Shown one piece after another: positions 11,951 through 23,374 of a DNA stretch of 64,000 nt. The position numbers and the translations under genes were made by a program. The stretch is from the NCBI GenBank assembly GCA_963709405.1, contig CAVPXM010000006.1:28884-92883 (forward strand), written 5' to 3'. The stretch is from an uncultured Nitrososphaerales archaeon (GTDB lineage Archaea; Thermoproteota; Nitrososphaeria; Nitrososphaerales; Nitrososphaeraceae). Below the pieces are notes generated by a model that ran no database searches, was not told the DNA's origin, and saw nothing but the letters and a program-made list of their open reading frames with translations. The number at the start of each line of letters is the position of its first letter. The first letter of the stretch is position 1.

Positions 11951-12392
11951 TATCTTCACTTTTATAATGACATCTACTGTACAATTAGTCCAACTGCTAT
12001 AAAACTATGCTATTTTTAGGTTATAACTCCACCTCATGCTCTAGTACTATTACAATGCCGCTGCTTCTGTTCCTACCACTAAACATCTAATTTCCTGTTG
12101 AGTTATCACCGTTATCAACAGAGATTTTAAGAGGGAATAATGCAGTGCACCCCAAGGAAAGAGCTTCAAAATAGTAAAGGATATGCAATAATTGGTGGTC
12201 ATGGTAGTATTAATAAGACACCATCAACTCCTACAACACGGTCATCTATACCTACTCCTAACAGCTTACCACCACCACCAATAACAGCAGGCTAGCATTT
12301 CTACACAAATTCTACGTACGGAATATCATTACTTTATACACCTGCCTGGATTGAGTTCAAACGTTATATTTTAGGTTGAAGGTTGTTAACTA

Positions 12393-12945
12393 TTGAGTGC
12401 AGAAGGAAAGGGTAAGAAAAAGACGGTGCTAAGAACGATTCGTATAGATAAGGATTTAGATGAAGCTTTAGATAAAGATGCTGAGGAACATGGTGTTAGT
12501 GAAAATGCACTCATTTCTTCGATACTTGCAAAATATATTGAGTGGGATAGATATGCTGAAAAGTTTGGTCGTGTTTCATTGCCAGGTGAGGCTCTAAAAG
12601 CTATTATTGAAGCTACTGAACAGGATAAATTAGGAACGGCTCGCTGAAGAATTTGCGACATCAGTTCCCAAGGATTATGTCATGTTTCACTATAAGAAAT
12701 TAGATGTTGAGGCGTGTCTTTTGCACCTGTCATTTTTATCTAGATATGCTGGAATGTTTAAATATGAAGTTCAAATAGAACAGGAGAGAAACTATACAGT
12801 CACGATTCATCATAAATTTGGCGAGAAGTGGTCTTACTGGTTAAAAGAGTCTATTTCTATTGGCTTATTTAAGAATGTGTTGGGAATTCTCCCAAAGACT
12901 CATCTAAGTAAGAATTCAGTAATATTTACATTTCTTCTTCCTTAA
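12393..12945 (+). pseudogene. Ribbon-helix-helix regulator with C-terminal domain, single frameshift
   Basis: RTIRIDKDLDEAL..GVSENALI RHH pattern; frame change at ~12643 restores AEEFATSVPKDYVM into ORF 12682-12945. Confidence 0.7.
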
Positions 12946-13199
12946 CAATATCCATTTGAAATATTATTAAGTGTCATTGTACCAATGCATATTTCGAATC
13001 CGTTCCCATTAATATCTTATCGAATCAGTATATCACTGAATAATTATATCTTTGAATACCGCCATTGTTCATTTCCTAGGGCAGAAGAATCACTATTAAA
13101 TTCATGAGGTGGAGGGTAGTGACTATCGTCATAAATATAACGACTAGAATATCTCTTCTTTTCTATAGTCCTCTAGGCTCTTCATTTAACAATATTTTC

Positions 13200-13850
13200 C
13201 ATACCTTCTCTATCTTGCAGATCAACAAACAAACTAAACCAATTCATGACATGCTTTAGCTTACAATCATTATCTTTCCTACATGAAAAATAGTCATCAA
13301 AACATTATTCGGTTCTATCTTTTTTTATGTATTGGATTGTACTTTCGATAATAATGCTTGTGATAGGGAAAATGAAAATGATATTGTTCAACATTCAGGA
13401 ATCTAAATCCTTGTGGATGATACCATGTTACTCGATCAGTTGTTGAAATATTATGTTTTGCATATTTTTTAATCAGAGACTGTATAAACTGTTCAGCTAC
13501 AAGCATGTTTCTTTCTATGGATATATGAATACCAAGAATAGTTTTATCCGTTTGCTAGATGATAGCAACCCATAGTCATACATAATTATTTCCCAATTTA
13601 ATTAGTGCTTCATCCAGTTGTTAACTTCAGATAGCCTGAGACTCGTTTGGAATGATGATGTCTTCTTTGGCTTGTAGTGCTGGATCCAATTCCAAATGGA
13701 AACCTGGCTTTCTGTTGACAGTTTGAGATGACATTTGTGATATTTTTTGGAGTGACAAACATAAAAAGTACAACTGTGATGCCTAGTAGATATACTTTGA
13801 AGACGTTCTGCTCCTTCTATTTAACGTTATCAATTAAAGCTATACAATTA
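13200..13850 (-). mobile_element. IS6-family transposase pseudogene
   Basis: ERNMLVAEQFIQSLIKKY, STTDRVTWY and downstream CFDDYF..KLKHVMNWFSLFVD, typical of archaeal IS6-like DDE transposases; many frameshifts. Confidence 0.7.
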
Positions 13851-14109
13851 GTACTATCACTCAATTTTGTGTATTTCCATCACATCGCTCAGAAAAGACT
13901 TTTGCATTAGCGTCAAAAAGCGTAACATCATAGTTTCCTACTACCTCAAAAGTATAAGCTTCTTCTGTGAACTTTGCCGTCTTTTGTTCTTCTTTTGGCT
14001 CACATCGTGTAAGTCTCACATTGTGCAAATGCTTGTTTTTTTGTTTCTGAATGAGGCGCATCAATCTTCTTGTTAATTTCCAGAAAGATTAATGTGATAT
14101 TATTCTTTT

Positions 14110-14757
14110 TCATTCTTCGATACCGATTGCACGTATCGGTGAACCTGAGGCGCCTACAAGTTTTAGCGGAGTGATTATGAGAGTAAATTTTTCATTGTTG
14201 AGTCTGTATAAATTGCATAAATTTTCTATTACTAGAATTTGATTTGATAGGAGCATTTTATGAGCTATGAATACGCTATCAGTACCTATATCAATGCTCG
14301 GACAATCTATTGCTACGGCATTAACTTTTTTCTCGATCAAATATTCTGCAGCGTCCTTTGATAAGCCTGGATTATTTTTCATATAGTTATCCTTTTCCTT
14401 AATTTGCTTTTCCCATCCTGTTGAAAAGACAACAGTGTCTTTTTCTTTTATTTCAAATTTACTATTACGTATTATATCATCGCTAGTAATCATTTGATTG
14501 GAATTTTTCGGTAATTTTATGAGTATGGTATTATTACAAATGTATCTATTGACTTCAACTTGATCTATGGTTGGACCATTTGGATTGAAATGAAATGGAG
14601 CATCCATGTGTGTTCCTGTATGAGTACTCAAAAACATACATTCTGAAACATAGCCTTGAATGTCAAATTTCGACCATTTTATAAAAGTAGGCATTGGATA
14701 TCCAGGGAAGCTTATCATATCTGAAGTAATTTCAAGTGTAAGGTCAACTATTTTCAT
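14110..14757 (-). CDS. Cyclase-family metal-dependent hydrolase (kynurenine formamidase-like)
   Basis: HTGTHMDAPFHF signature, IDCPSID, IENL, GASGSPIRA. Confidence 0.92.
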   Translation of the reverse strand: MKIVDLTLEITSDMISFPGYPMPTFIKWSKFDIQGYVSECMFLSTHTGTHMDAPFHFNPNGPTIDQVEVNRYICNNTILIKLPKNSNQMITSDDIIRNSKFEIKEKDTVVFSTGWEKQIKEKDNYMKNNPGLSKDAAEYLIEKKVNAVAIDCPSIDIGTDSVFIAHKMLLSNQILVIENLCNLYRLNNEKFTLIITPLKLVGASGSPIRAIGIEE

Positions 14758-15744
14758 ATTTTATTACGACATTTCGCTACTATTATAATTTTCTTTCTTC
14801 ATCACCTATCTGCATCACAAGACATGATCTTAGTGGACCATAGGTTGAACAGTTAGATTTATTCTCGATCCAGTCACTTTTTTAGACATGGTTGAAATAC
14901 GTAGCATGAGGATCTGTTCCTTACAGGAATTCGCTTGTATGAAAGCACTTATCCTTTCTAATTTTCAAATATTCGACAAACGATCCATTTGTCTCTCCTG
15001 CATTTTTTCTTCATGACCAATTTGCCTTCTAAATAACTTTGGCAGGTTTAAATCACTCGCCTCGTCTGTATCAGGATCAACTCTATTAGCACCTGCTCCT
15101 TTTGCCGTTTTGAGATTAAAGTCAAAGTGAAGCATATTGTCTGAATAGCCCTCCCAAATACCTTTTGAATTATCTATAGCTGTTCTGGCCTTTGAATCGA
15201 TTTTAGTATTTCTTATACGGTCATAGAATTATAATACGTTGGAAACGCCCAGCCTTCTTCGACAAGCCACAGAACTCAGCTTAACCGCCTAAAAGTGGTT
15301 TTTGCTTTCCATTAATAAAGTCAGGGATTACTATTTCCTCGATTGTTTATGTAATCCGTTAATCTTTTATCATTACAGATTGAATGATCGGCTGATTTTT
15401 GTCACATTCTAATCGTATTGACGTCACTTTCTGATCACAATCTTGCAACTTGGTAATATCAGGTGAATGAGAATTTACTGCAACTGTGCACTCTTGCAGG
15501 ATGTTTTTGAATAATGGATTTATTTCTGTGTTAAAAGACGAAACCGGTTGTATTAATTCTTGGGCATGAGTCATCTTTAAATTCCACATCCCTGATAACG
15601 ATACATTAGTAATAATCACAACAGCGATAATGATAAATGATATCTTCTATGGTATAGACAAAATTGTAGTTGTCTTAGTTGTCATTGTCATCACATCTCT
15701 GTCTCAGTACTGCGCTCATGTACTGACCCGATTGAACCGCAGCT

Positions 15745-15836
15745 AAGTTAAGTATCAAATTATTCGTCTACAAATCTGGTCCTAATCACGAGGTGATGAG
15801 AGATGTTATATAGACCAAAATTAAGATACTTAACTT
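15745..15836. mobile_element. 92-bp MITE-like element (copy 2)
   Basis: Perfect 12-bp terminal IR aagttaagtatc/gatacttaactt; homologous to 5719-5810. Confidence 0.7.
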
Positions 15837-16054
15837 ACAAGAATATTCACCGACAACTTCCAAAACATCATCACAATCAGAAATTTGTGCGAATTATGAT
15901 AACTACAAAAGATACAATTTCTTATAATAAGATATTTCTCATACCCTTGTTATGCAGCATTTAGCCAGCAATAAAACAAAGGCAAAACACTAAGGAAATT
16001 ATTAATAATAAATCAAATAAATATGCCAAATTATATAATACAACAGGTAGTCTG

Positions 16055-16411
16055 ATGATAATTAGGAGCCAAAGAAAAAAGAATGCACTTGTCACTGCTT
16101 TGGCTGATGAAGAGATGCTGAAAATTATGAATAGTGTTATGCATCGCTCGAAATCTTTTAATGAGATTACAGCTGAAAATAGCGATATTCCTCGTACTTC
16201 GGCTTTTAGAAAAATCAAATGGCTTCTTAATGAAGATATTCTTATAGTCGACAAAATTGTAATTACAGCGGCTGGAAAGAAATTCAGTTTATTTCAATGT
16301 ACATTGAGAGCTATTAATGTTAAATATGAGAATAATGATGTTATTGTAGAAGCGGAGCAGAATATCGATATTCCAAAAAAATGGGTGATGAAATTTTTTT
16401 CATTAGACTAG
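16055..16411 (+). CDS. Winged-helix (ArsR-like) transcriptional regulator
   Basis: ALAD..KIM..KSFNEI..IPRTSAFRKIKWL..GKK wHTH pattern. Confidence 0.75.
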   Translation: MIIRSQRKKNALVTALADEEMLKIMNSVMHRSKSFNEITAENSDIPRTSAFRKIKWLLNEDILIVDKIVITAAGKKFSLFQCTLRAINVKYENNDVIVEAEQNIDIPKKWVMKFFSLD

Positions 16412-16518
16412 GAAGGTGTGGTGCTGATGAGGAAGGGATAGTTATTGTTGTGGTTCGTTGAATACATATATAGATACTAATGTATAAACATCGTTTTAAT
16501 CTCTCATTATTGCGATCA

Positions 16519-16827
16519 CTAAATATTATTGTCTTCCTGTACTGGTTCTATCTTTCTTCCATTCTTTATGGCAGCGTTCAATCTTAGCCATAAAACTATT
16601 GCGAAAAATACTGCGGCTACTACATGAATTTGTGAGCCAATATAAGGCAAAGCTGAAACAAGAAATGACGCTTTATAACTTTCTATTATCTCTCCAACAA
16701 TATAAATGATAATGAATATCAATATTTGAAATTCAAAACGTCTAATATTCCTATATCTAACTGCAAGCCAACCGAATATAGCTAAGGATAGGAAGAGAAA
16801 GACTAATGTAAACCCACTTGAAAACAA
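16519..16827 (-). CDS. Small integral membrane protein
   Basis: About three hydrophobic helices; co-oriented with 16858-17193. Confidence 0.6.
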   Translation of the reverse strand: MFSSGFTLVFLFLSLAIFGWLAVRYRNIRRFEFQILIFIIIYIVGEIIESYKASFLVSALPYIGSQIHVVAAVFFAIVLWLRLNAAIKNGRKIEPVQEDNNI

Positions 16828-16857
16828 TAAGAGGCTGCCTATCGCTTTGAGCTAGTA

Positions 16858-17193
16858 TCATTGCACTTCATATTCCTCTTTTTTCGTCTTTGACCTGCTA
16901 GTGAAGTAGATTCCTCCAAAGAAAAGTAGTATGCCAAATGAGAGTGGCTCCAATACTCCTTTTGCTAATAGCATAAAACCAAGCGCTCCTATAAGATGGT
17001 AAAAACCTTGTAATAGAACAAAACCTGCAAGTACTATTGATAGTAGCCTGAAGTGTTTGTATTTACTCTTGTTGTTGTTAGTATCATCAATTTTTCTTTC
17101 CTTCAAAATATAAATAAAATAAATAGGAATGGCGGCAGCAATAAAATACACGATAGCCTGACTGATCTGTAAATCCGATGATGTTGATATCAA
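16858..17193 (-). CDS. Small integral membrane protein
   Basis: About three hydrophobic helices. Confidence 0.6.
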   Translation of the reverse strand: MISTSSDLQISQAIVYFIAAAIPIYFIYILKERKIDDTNNNKSKYKHFRLLSIVLAGFVLLQGFYHLIGALGFMLLAKGVLEPLSFGILLFFGGIYFTSRSKTKKEEYEVQ

Positions 17194-17359
17194 TTATTAT
17201 GCCGTTGCTCCATTTCTAATAGTATACTAATCGTTATAATAATAGGGCATATAAAATAACTGCTCAATTCCAGTTTTGGAATCCAGAGATGAAATCCGCA
17301 CTTGAAATTTGTGTCCATCCTTATTACTCCAACGAACTAACAACGGTCTAAGAACAAAA

Positions 17360-18026
17360 ATGAATAACAAAAAAACAATGGGAAAGGAACATCCAACAAC
17401 TAGGGCAACAAAAGCGGCAGCTGCCACTATAGCAATAGTTGCATGCGCTGCTCTAATACTTGGAATGCAGAACCAAATTTCGCACTACGCATTGGGAGAA
17501 GTAGGTTATGGGAGTAATGGAACTACGATGGCAGCGGCAGGCAGCAATAACAAACTCTGTTGTATCAGTTAATCCAAACCAGTCAACTAGCAAAGAATTC
17601 TGGATTAATACAGTACACCTGGATGGAATGACCAACTTGAATGCAGCAAAATTTTGTGATACATGCAGCCAGAATACACCACTACACCCAGCAGAAAAGC
17701 CTCCTGTAAACTCAACCATACCAACCGGTGGAGGATTCAGGATAACAGAACCAAACAAGGCAGGAGCCTGGGACTTTAGATCATTTACATTCTCTCCAGA
17801 TCAAATAGTTGTTAATCAAGGCGATAAAGTTACACTACACTTCGTAGGAGTACAAGGCGTACATCATGCCATTACTGTTGATGGAGTTGGAAGCTTTACT
17901 CTTATGAGAGGACAAATCCACACTGTATCATTCAGGGCAAATAATCCAGGAACCATAAGTTACTACTGCCACGTACATCTGCCAAACATGGTTGGCCAAA
18001 TATTGGTGCTACCCAAGTCAGGGTAA
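17360..18026 (+). pseudogene. Secreted cupredoxin-domain protein with one frameshift
   Basis: Signal-like N-terminus in one frame; FSPDQIVVNQGD..HHAI..YYCHVHLPNM in the next; frame change ~17550. Confidence 0.75.
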
Positions 18027-18329
18027 TGGCAATAGCAATAACGACGGCAGGCCTAATCGATATTTGTTATGAATGTATTACATATAAATGACAAATATCT
18101 TCCTCAATTTTTTGAGTACAATAATTCGATTTACTATATTGTAGTTATTGGTTATAATAGTAGTAACATTGCTGCTTGTAGAATGATAAACCTATACGAA
18201 TAATTTTGGTAGTAATAAAGCTATATAACAACAGCGGCAACACCGGCGACAGCAATGTGAGATCACGGCTGATAGAATCAGTTAGTATTGGTACACAATG
18301 TAGTCAAAAGTAGATGAATTCCAAAATTA

Positions 18330-18653
18330 ATGAGATACAACGAGAAGTTGGCGGTATTACACTCAAGCCTCAAGCCTTTGAGAGATATTCTAGGAAATGT
18401 TAATGTTGCTAAGCATATTGATATCGCGAAGCGAAGTGAGGTGGCTCCAGATTTCCTAAAGAATCTATTTTATTCTGGCCCACGAGTTAATCTTGAAACA
18501 TATCTCGAATCACTTTCCTTGATTTGTAAGTATAAAGGATATGCCCATTACGAGATTGAAACCGATATAGATACAAATATAGATTTAAATATATATGATA
18601 TAAAAGATATTGAAACAACAGACGTCTGTGTTAACTTAAAGAAAATCCTATAG
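18330..18653 (+). pseudogene. Fragment resembling the C-terminal domain of the RHH-regulator family
   Basis: LSLICKYKGYAHYEI resembles LSFLSRYAGMFKYEV of 12682-12945; 3' end runs into an IS end. Confidence 0.4.
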
Positions 18654-18732
18654 CTGAAGACGTCGTATCTCTTTAATATGGTTGTTAAAAGAAATAGGAC
18701 ACCTTCAAAGCATGTTGGTTATGGATTGTACT
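18627..18732 (+). mobile_element. IS6-family left end plus first codons of transposase
   Basis: gtgttaactta end-like sequence, then MVVKRNRTPSKHVGYGLYL, the N-terminus typical of archaeal IS6-like transposases. Confidence 0.55.
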
Positions 18733-18770
18733 TGTCCAATGTCCAATGTCCAATGTCCAATGTCCAATGT
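18733..18770. repeat. Perfect heptamer tandem repeat (TGTCCAA)x5
   Basis: Directly visible. Confidence 0.95.
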
Positions 18771-18810
18771 TCCACAAAATACTTTAGTATGTACGAAAAT
18801 GGTGATAATA

Positions 18811-19683
18811 ATGATCGAAAATTCAAAATCCAAAGGAAGTGCTATTTCCTCATTATTGTTGTTAGTTTTGATATCATGCTTTGCTTTTCTGATTGGAGGT
18901 TCATCTTTGTTTAGTAGAACAATATCTGCCGCACAACTGCAAGACAACGTAAGCAACGCCACTACCATCAATTATAAAGATGTTCCAGCTGCCCAGTCGG
19001 CTTATGAAACTCAATCTATGACTCTACCTCGGTCAGTTGGAACATTTGTATGGTATATAGTAGATGAAGCTCATGAAAATTCTGCTAATGAAAAACACAA
19101 ATATGTAAGTGACCATAATCCAATTTATCTTCCAACTAATCTTGTAATACCGCAAGGAACTGCTATAACATTTTTAGATGCTGATGCTCCTTGGGATACG
19201 CCTCATCCTCATTCGATCAACATTATCGATAAGATTGGAAGGGTTGTATATAGCACAGGAAAAATGGATTATACAAATAGTTCAGTGCCAAAGATTCTAC
19301 CAGCTGGGATATACTCAGTACACGACACTAAATATCCTTGGATGATAGGAAATTTAACTGTCACTCCAAATCAAGGATCTACAGGTAATCTTATAGTAGG
19401 AGGATTCTATACTCCTACTAACCAGGTAGCAAATAATAAAGATAATGATGGTGGAAGCCATCCTGGTTGGCTTGGCTACTACACAGAACAATTTCCAAAA
19501 AATGGGTTCAAAATCCTTAGTACCTTTAATTTTCACTATGCTACTTGCAAATATTGTCCTGGAGGATTTTGGCCGGACCAGAAAACTGCAGATCATACAC
19601 TGATTGTATACAGCACTGCACAATCAGTATCTGATGTTCTGAAGAAGTTATCAAAAATGGTATGGGATAATGTATATATTTAA
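18811..19683 (+). CDS. Secreted putative copper-binding (cupredoxin-like) protein
   Basis: Signal peptide, PTNLVIPQGTAITF, PHPHSI, PWMIG, CKYC; the upstream ORF extension is IS/repeat-derived. Confidence 0.6.
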   Translation: MIENSKSKGSAISSLLLLVLISCFAFLIGGSSLFSRTISAAQLQDNVSNATTINYKDVPAAQSAYETQSMTLPRSVGTFVWYIVDEAHENSANEKHKYVSDHNPIYLPTNLVIPQGTAITFLDADAPWDTPHPHSINIIDKIGRVVYSTGKMDYTNSSVPKILPAGIYSVHDTKYPWMIGNLTVTPNQGSTGNLIVGGFYTPTNQVANNKDNDGGSHPGWLGYYTEQFPKNGFKILSTFNFHYATCKYCPGGFWPDQKTADHTLIVYSTAQSVSDVLKKLSKMVWDNVYI

Positions 19684-19738
19684 AAAATGAAAATCTCTTA
19701 TATTCTATTGACAAGTATAGAAGTCCCGTATTATTAGT

Positions 19739-20777
19739 TGTTGTACTTGCACAGATAGGTTACATTATTAAGTACCTACATGAGTTACACTTTGCTGCTT
19801 AGTTCTTATACTTATGGTGGATGTAATTAATCTTTGTAGAAACATCTCTGATGGAGTAAGACCATTTATTCCTCCATGTTCTCTAGTTTCATTGTACGCT
19901 TTTACAAACATATCGTATCTTAGCTTACCATCATCTATGTTTGGTATATCTTCTATTGCTAGGAACTCATTTTTCACTATCTTGTTATATGCTTCTATTT
20001 TCCCTTGTAGCTGTGGGTAAGAATGAATTTGGTATTTGCTTATCCTTTATCTGATTGTGTACAAGGAAATGTCTGAACATTTTGGATGTAAACTGCTTTC
20101 CATTGTCATGCATTACTCTATCAGGTTTACCATTGATCACTATCCAATCCTCTAATACATTCAGAATATCCACTGACCTCTTTCTTTTAGACCATCTGCT
20201 TGCTACTTTTCTTGAACAATCATCCAGACAACTGATTATGTAATTCCTTTGACTAGAATTACTCAGATAGAAAGGGCCAAGGATATCCATCTGTACCATC
20301 TCATTTGGATGCTTCATGACAAACCGTTTGTAAGTTCTTGTTTTGGCCTTACACTTGAGGATATTAAGCCCATGTCTCTTTAGTATCTTGTATATAGTTC
20401 TGGTGCTTAACGAGATTCCAACAACCTTTCTTAATCTAAACTTGATCCTGCTACATCCAAACCTTTTGGTTAGTCGTAGATCAAGTATTGTCTCTTCTAT
20501 TTCTGATGTTACCTTTCTATATGGAGTATTATGAGGTCTTTTAGAGTTATCTAGAAGTCCTTCTATCCCTTTCTGTTTGTATCTGTTATTCCACTTGTAG
20601 TAAGTCTTTCTGGATGTACCGTATCTTTTACAAATATTAGATACTGTATCGCCAGTCCATTCTTTCTCATGTATTAGATTAAACCTTGTTCTGATTTCTA
20701 TATGGATTCACTTCCTGCCAGCAGAAGTGTAACCCATGTCTGTAACTAAATTGTCACCTATGTTAGGAAGTACAACA
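19739..20777 (-). mobile_element. IS481-family element with intact ends and frameshifted transposase
   Basis: TGTTGTAC...GTACAACA terminal IR, 6-bp TSD ATTAGT (19733-38, 20778-83); HTH + VQMDILGP/LDDCSR/HDNGKQF/GKIE DDE; 4-bp duplication frameshift ~20020. Confidence 0.92.
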
Positions 20778-20929
20778 ATTAGTTATATACAATTATGGTA
20801 ATCGAGGTATTATAGTGGAGACAGCTTCAATTACAATCAAGCAATTTGTTCCAGAAAGTAGCAAGTAGATGGTCTGAATGTGTTAGAGAATTGGATAATG
20901 ATGGCTAATGGTAAGCCTAAGGCGGTTAT

Positions 20930-21248
20930 ACATACTAAATGTTGAGATACTGATGGGTCATGATATCGGCCTTGTAGATTCTTACTATGGACCTTCAGAA
21001 CAAGAATTATTGAAAGACTACCTTACTTCAGTAGATTTACTGACGGTACTTAATGATAAGATCAAACTTCAAAAACAGATGATAGAACTAAAAAAAGAAA
21101 AGCATGGATAATGAATACATAATTAAAGGAAAAGTGCAAGTAAAAGACAAACAGATTCAGACATTGGTAAAGAAGCAAGACGAATTTGAACGACTAATTC
21201 AATCTTTAATGGATTCAGGACAGTTGAACCCAGGCTTCGAAAGATAGA
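20930..21248 (+). pseudogene. Tyrosine integrase C-terminal fragment
   Basis: VEILMGHDIGLVDSYY (box II His/Tyr) followed by coiled-coil tail. Confidence 0.75.
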
Positions 21249-21557
21249 ATTCAGCGTCAGGTCAATAGGGTGTTAAATAGAAAAATAAGACGACAATAAC
21301 ATGATCGAGTATAGAGCATATTCAAATGAAGATTCTTGATACTGTCTCTTAAATCCAAAAATAAATGATGGGAATATAATAAAGGGGAAACTCGATGAAA
21401 AAGATAAGCAGATTTGGGACTTGATAAAGAAGCAAGAAAAGGGCGAAAGGAAATTTCAAATGATCTCTTCAAAGATAGATTCGAAGAAAGTTAGCATCCT
21501 GCTAAACGCAAATGGCTTAGAATTCATTTAGTAGAAACAATAGTTTTATCTAAATAC

Positions 21558-21920
21558 ATGGTCAATACAAGTTTATTATCTCCAGGCAACATCATTATAG
21601 TTATGGTAATGAAGAGAATAGAAGCATTTATTGCATCTGAGAAGACTCCTTATGTGTTATCTGCTTTAGAAGGCTTAGGATTACAGGCTACGTTCTATGA
21701 ATCTAAAGGAATGGGAAAGGGCGAAAAATATACAATAAGCTACGGTAAAGGATCAGGAACCCAAAAGATGGCATATTCTACGAGGAGTATAGTAGTATCA
21801 ATTATTGACGAGAATATGGTCAAAGAAGCAGTTTCTGTTATCAAAAAAGCAGCAACTACAGGTACGGCTAGCGGAGGGATAGTAGTAGTTTCATCTGTTG
21901 ATGATTTAATGATGATTTGA
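21558..21920 (+). CDS. glnB: P-II family nitrogen regulatory protein
   Basis: MKRIEAFI, KGMGKG T-loop, TGTASGGIVVVSSVD B-loop; start probably ~21609. Confidence 0.85.
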   Translation: MVNTSLLSPGNIIIVMVMKRIEAFIASEKTPYVLSALEGLGLQATFYESKGMGKGEKYTISYGKGSGTQKMAYSTRSIVVSIIDENMVKEAVSVIKKAATTGTASGGIVVVSSVDDLMMI

Positions 21921-22301
21921 ATATAATAGGAATCCAAATAGGAAAACTATATCCAGTTTTTCAATTGCTAATTCCTTTACATTATCAAATACATATTTGT
22001 CTATCTATTCAACAGTGCTAGCCGTGAAAGCCTTGACTATGGAATATGCTCTTCTAAATATATCCTTACACGTTCTTAACCATGAATTAACTTAAGAATA
22101 TTGTAGATTATACTTAGATCGGCATCAAGCATACAACGAGGGAGTACGTCAGCAGCTATAGCTCTATCCTCATACCTTAGCACAGCCATTTTACATGAAT
22201 TACATTGATAATGACATCATGAAACAGAATTATCTTCTGTGCTAAAAGCATATTTGCTTGTTAGTTTGTTAATATTAGGTTTATTGCCCTGAAGATACTG
22301 T

Positions 22302-22637
22302 ATGGCATTAGGATCAGTCTGGACAGCAATTATTTTCATAATTGGGTTAGTCATATCGACAATAATAATATTTATAGTTACAAAACTCTTTGGAGAAAGA
22401 GAAAGTATCAAAAGAGCTTTTATAACTGCCGTTATTGGAGCTGTGATTTATACAGTTGTTTATTATCTCCTAGGAAACGGCCTATTAGCAGCGATTCTTG
22501 GTGGAATAGTGTGGCTAATTTCTTTAAGATCGCTATACAAGATGGGTTGGCTCAAATCTTTAGTAGTCGCATTAATCATTTGGATCATCGCTTCAATAGT
22601 TGGTGTTTTGTTACCAACAGTTTCCGGACCATTGTAA
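22302..22637 (+). CDS. Small multi-pass membrane protein
   Basis: Four hydrophobic helices, intact ORF. Confidence 0.7.
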   Translation: MALGSVWTAIIFIIGLVISTIIIFIVTKLFGERESIKRAFITAVIGAVIYTVVYYLLGNGLLAAILGGIVWLISLRSLYKMGWLKSLVVALIIWIIASIVGVLLPTVSGPL

Positions 22638-23017
22638 AGTACTTCGACACGATAATTGGCCGATGATTGATTAATTGAAGTTGAGTCACTTGATCATCAC
22701 AAACGAATTTTCGAACTGAGAGAGAAGCAGTAATGCAATACAATAAACTGAAATAATAATTTTTAGTGATCACATACAAAGCCTTCTCGTGACATGGTTG
22801 AAAATTACTTCTCCTACTGGACATATCTTGTAAGTGTCAGTTCAATTGATATATTGAGCACCATGACTAATTACTTTTTAACAAATAAATCTAGCACAAG
22901 TCTATAGTGGCAGCTTCTCTATAATGCAAATATGCCAATAGTCGTCCCATCTAGAAGACTACGATAGAAGTGATGAAAGAATCTTCTTTCTATACCTTGT
23001 TTGATTCTCTTCTGAGC

Positions 23018-23374
23018 CTACGCCTCTATGCTATCATCTGCCTTTTTAATCTCTATTGTAACTTTATCTCCAACCTTTATTTGCATATCTTCATATTCCT
23101 TCATACTAACTTTAAATATAGGTATGTCAGAAGGCATACCCATTCCTCCTCCCAACATATTTGACATGGCTTTAGGCAGATTCTTCATTAGATCTTCTGG
23201 AGAGGTAAATGGTACCGCACCTATGCCAATGCCAAAAGGACTTTGAGGAAGGTTTCTTCCTGCACGTGCCCTTTCTGAAGACTTTGGATCATTAGGATCG
23301 GTAATTGAAATATACACGTATGGGCTTCCATCTTGGGAAGCTTCGATTTTCGAAACAATAAAATCTTTTCTCAT
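23018..23374 (-). CDS. Conserved archaeal protein, arcadin-1-like
   Basis: FIVSKIE..DGSPYVYISI...EYEDMQIKVGDKVTIEI pattern. Confidence 0.5.
   Translation of the reverse strand: MRKDFIVSKIEASQDGSPYVYISITDPNDPKSSERARAGRNLPQSPFGIGIGAVPFTSPEDLMKNLPKAMSNMLGGGMGMPSDIPIFKVSMKEYEDMQIKVGDKVTIEIKKADDSIEA

Noticed and set aside
12640-12690. TGA readthrough in the RHH regulator
   Set aside because: The downstream ORF is in a different frame; a 1-nt indel explains the split
14820-15300. Possible transposase or other gene remnant
   Set aside because: Looks coding but is too broken to assign without a search
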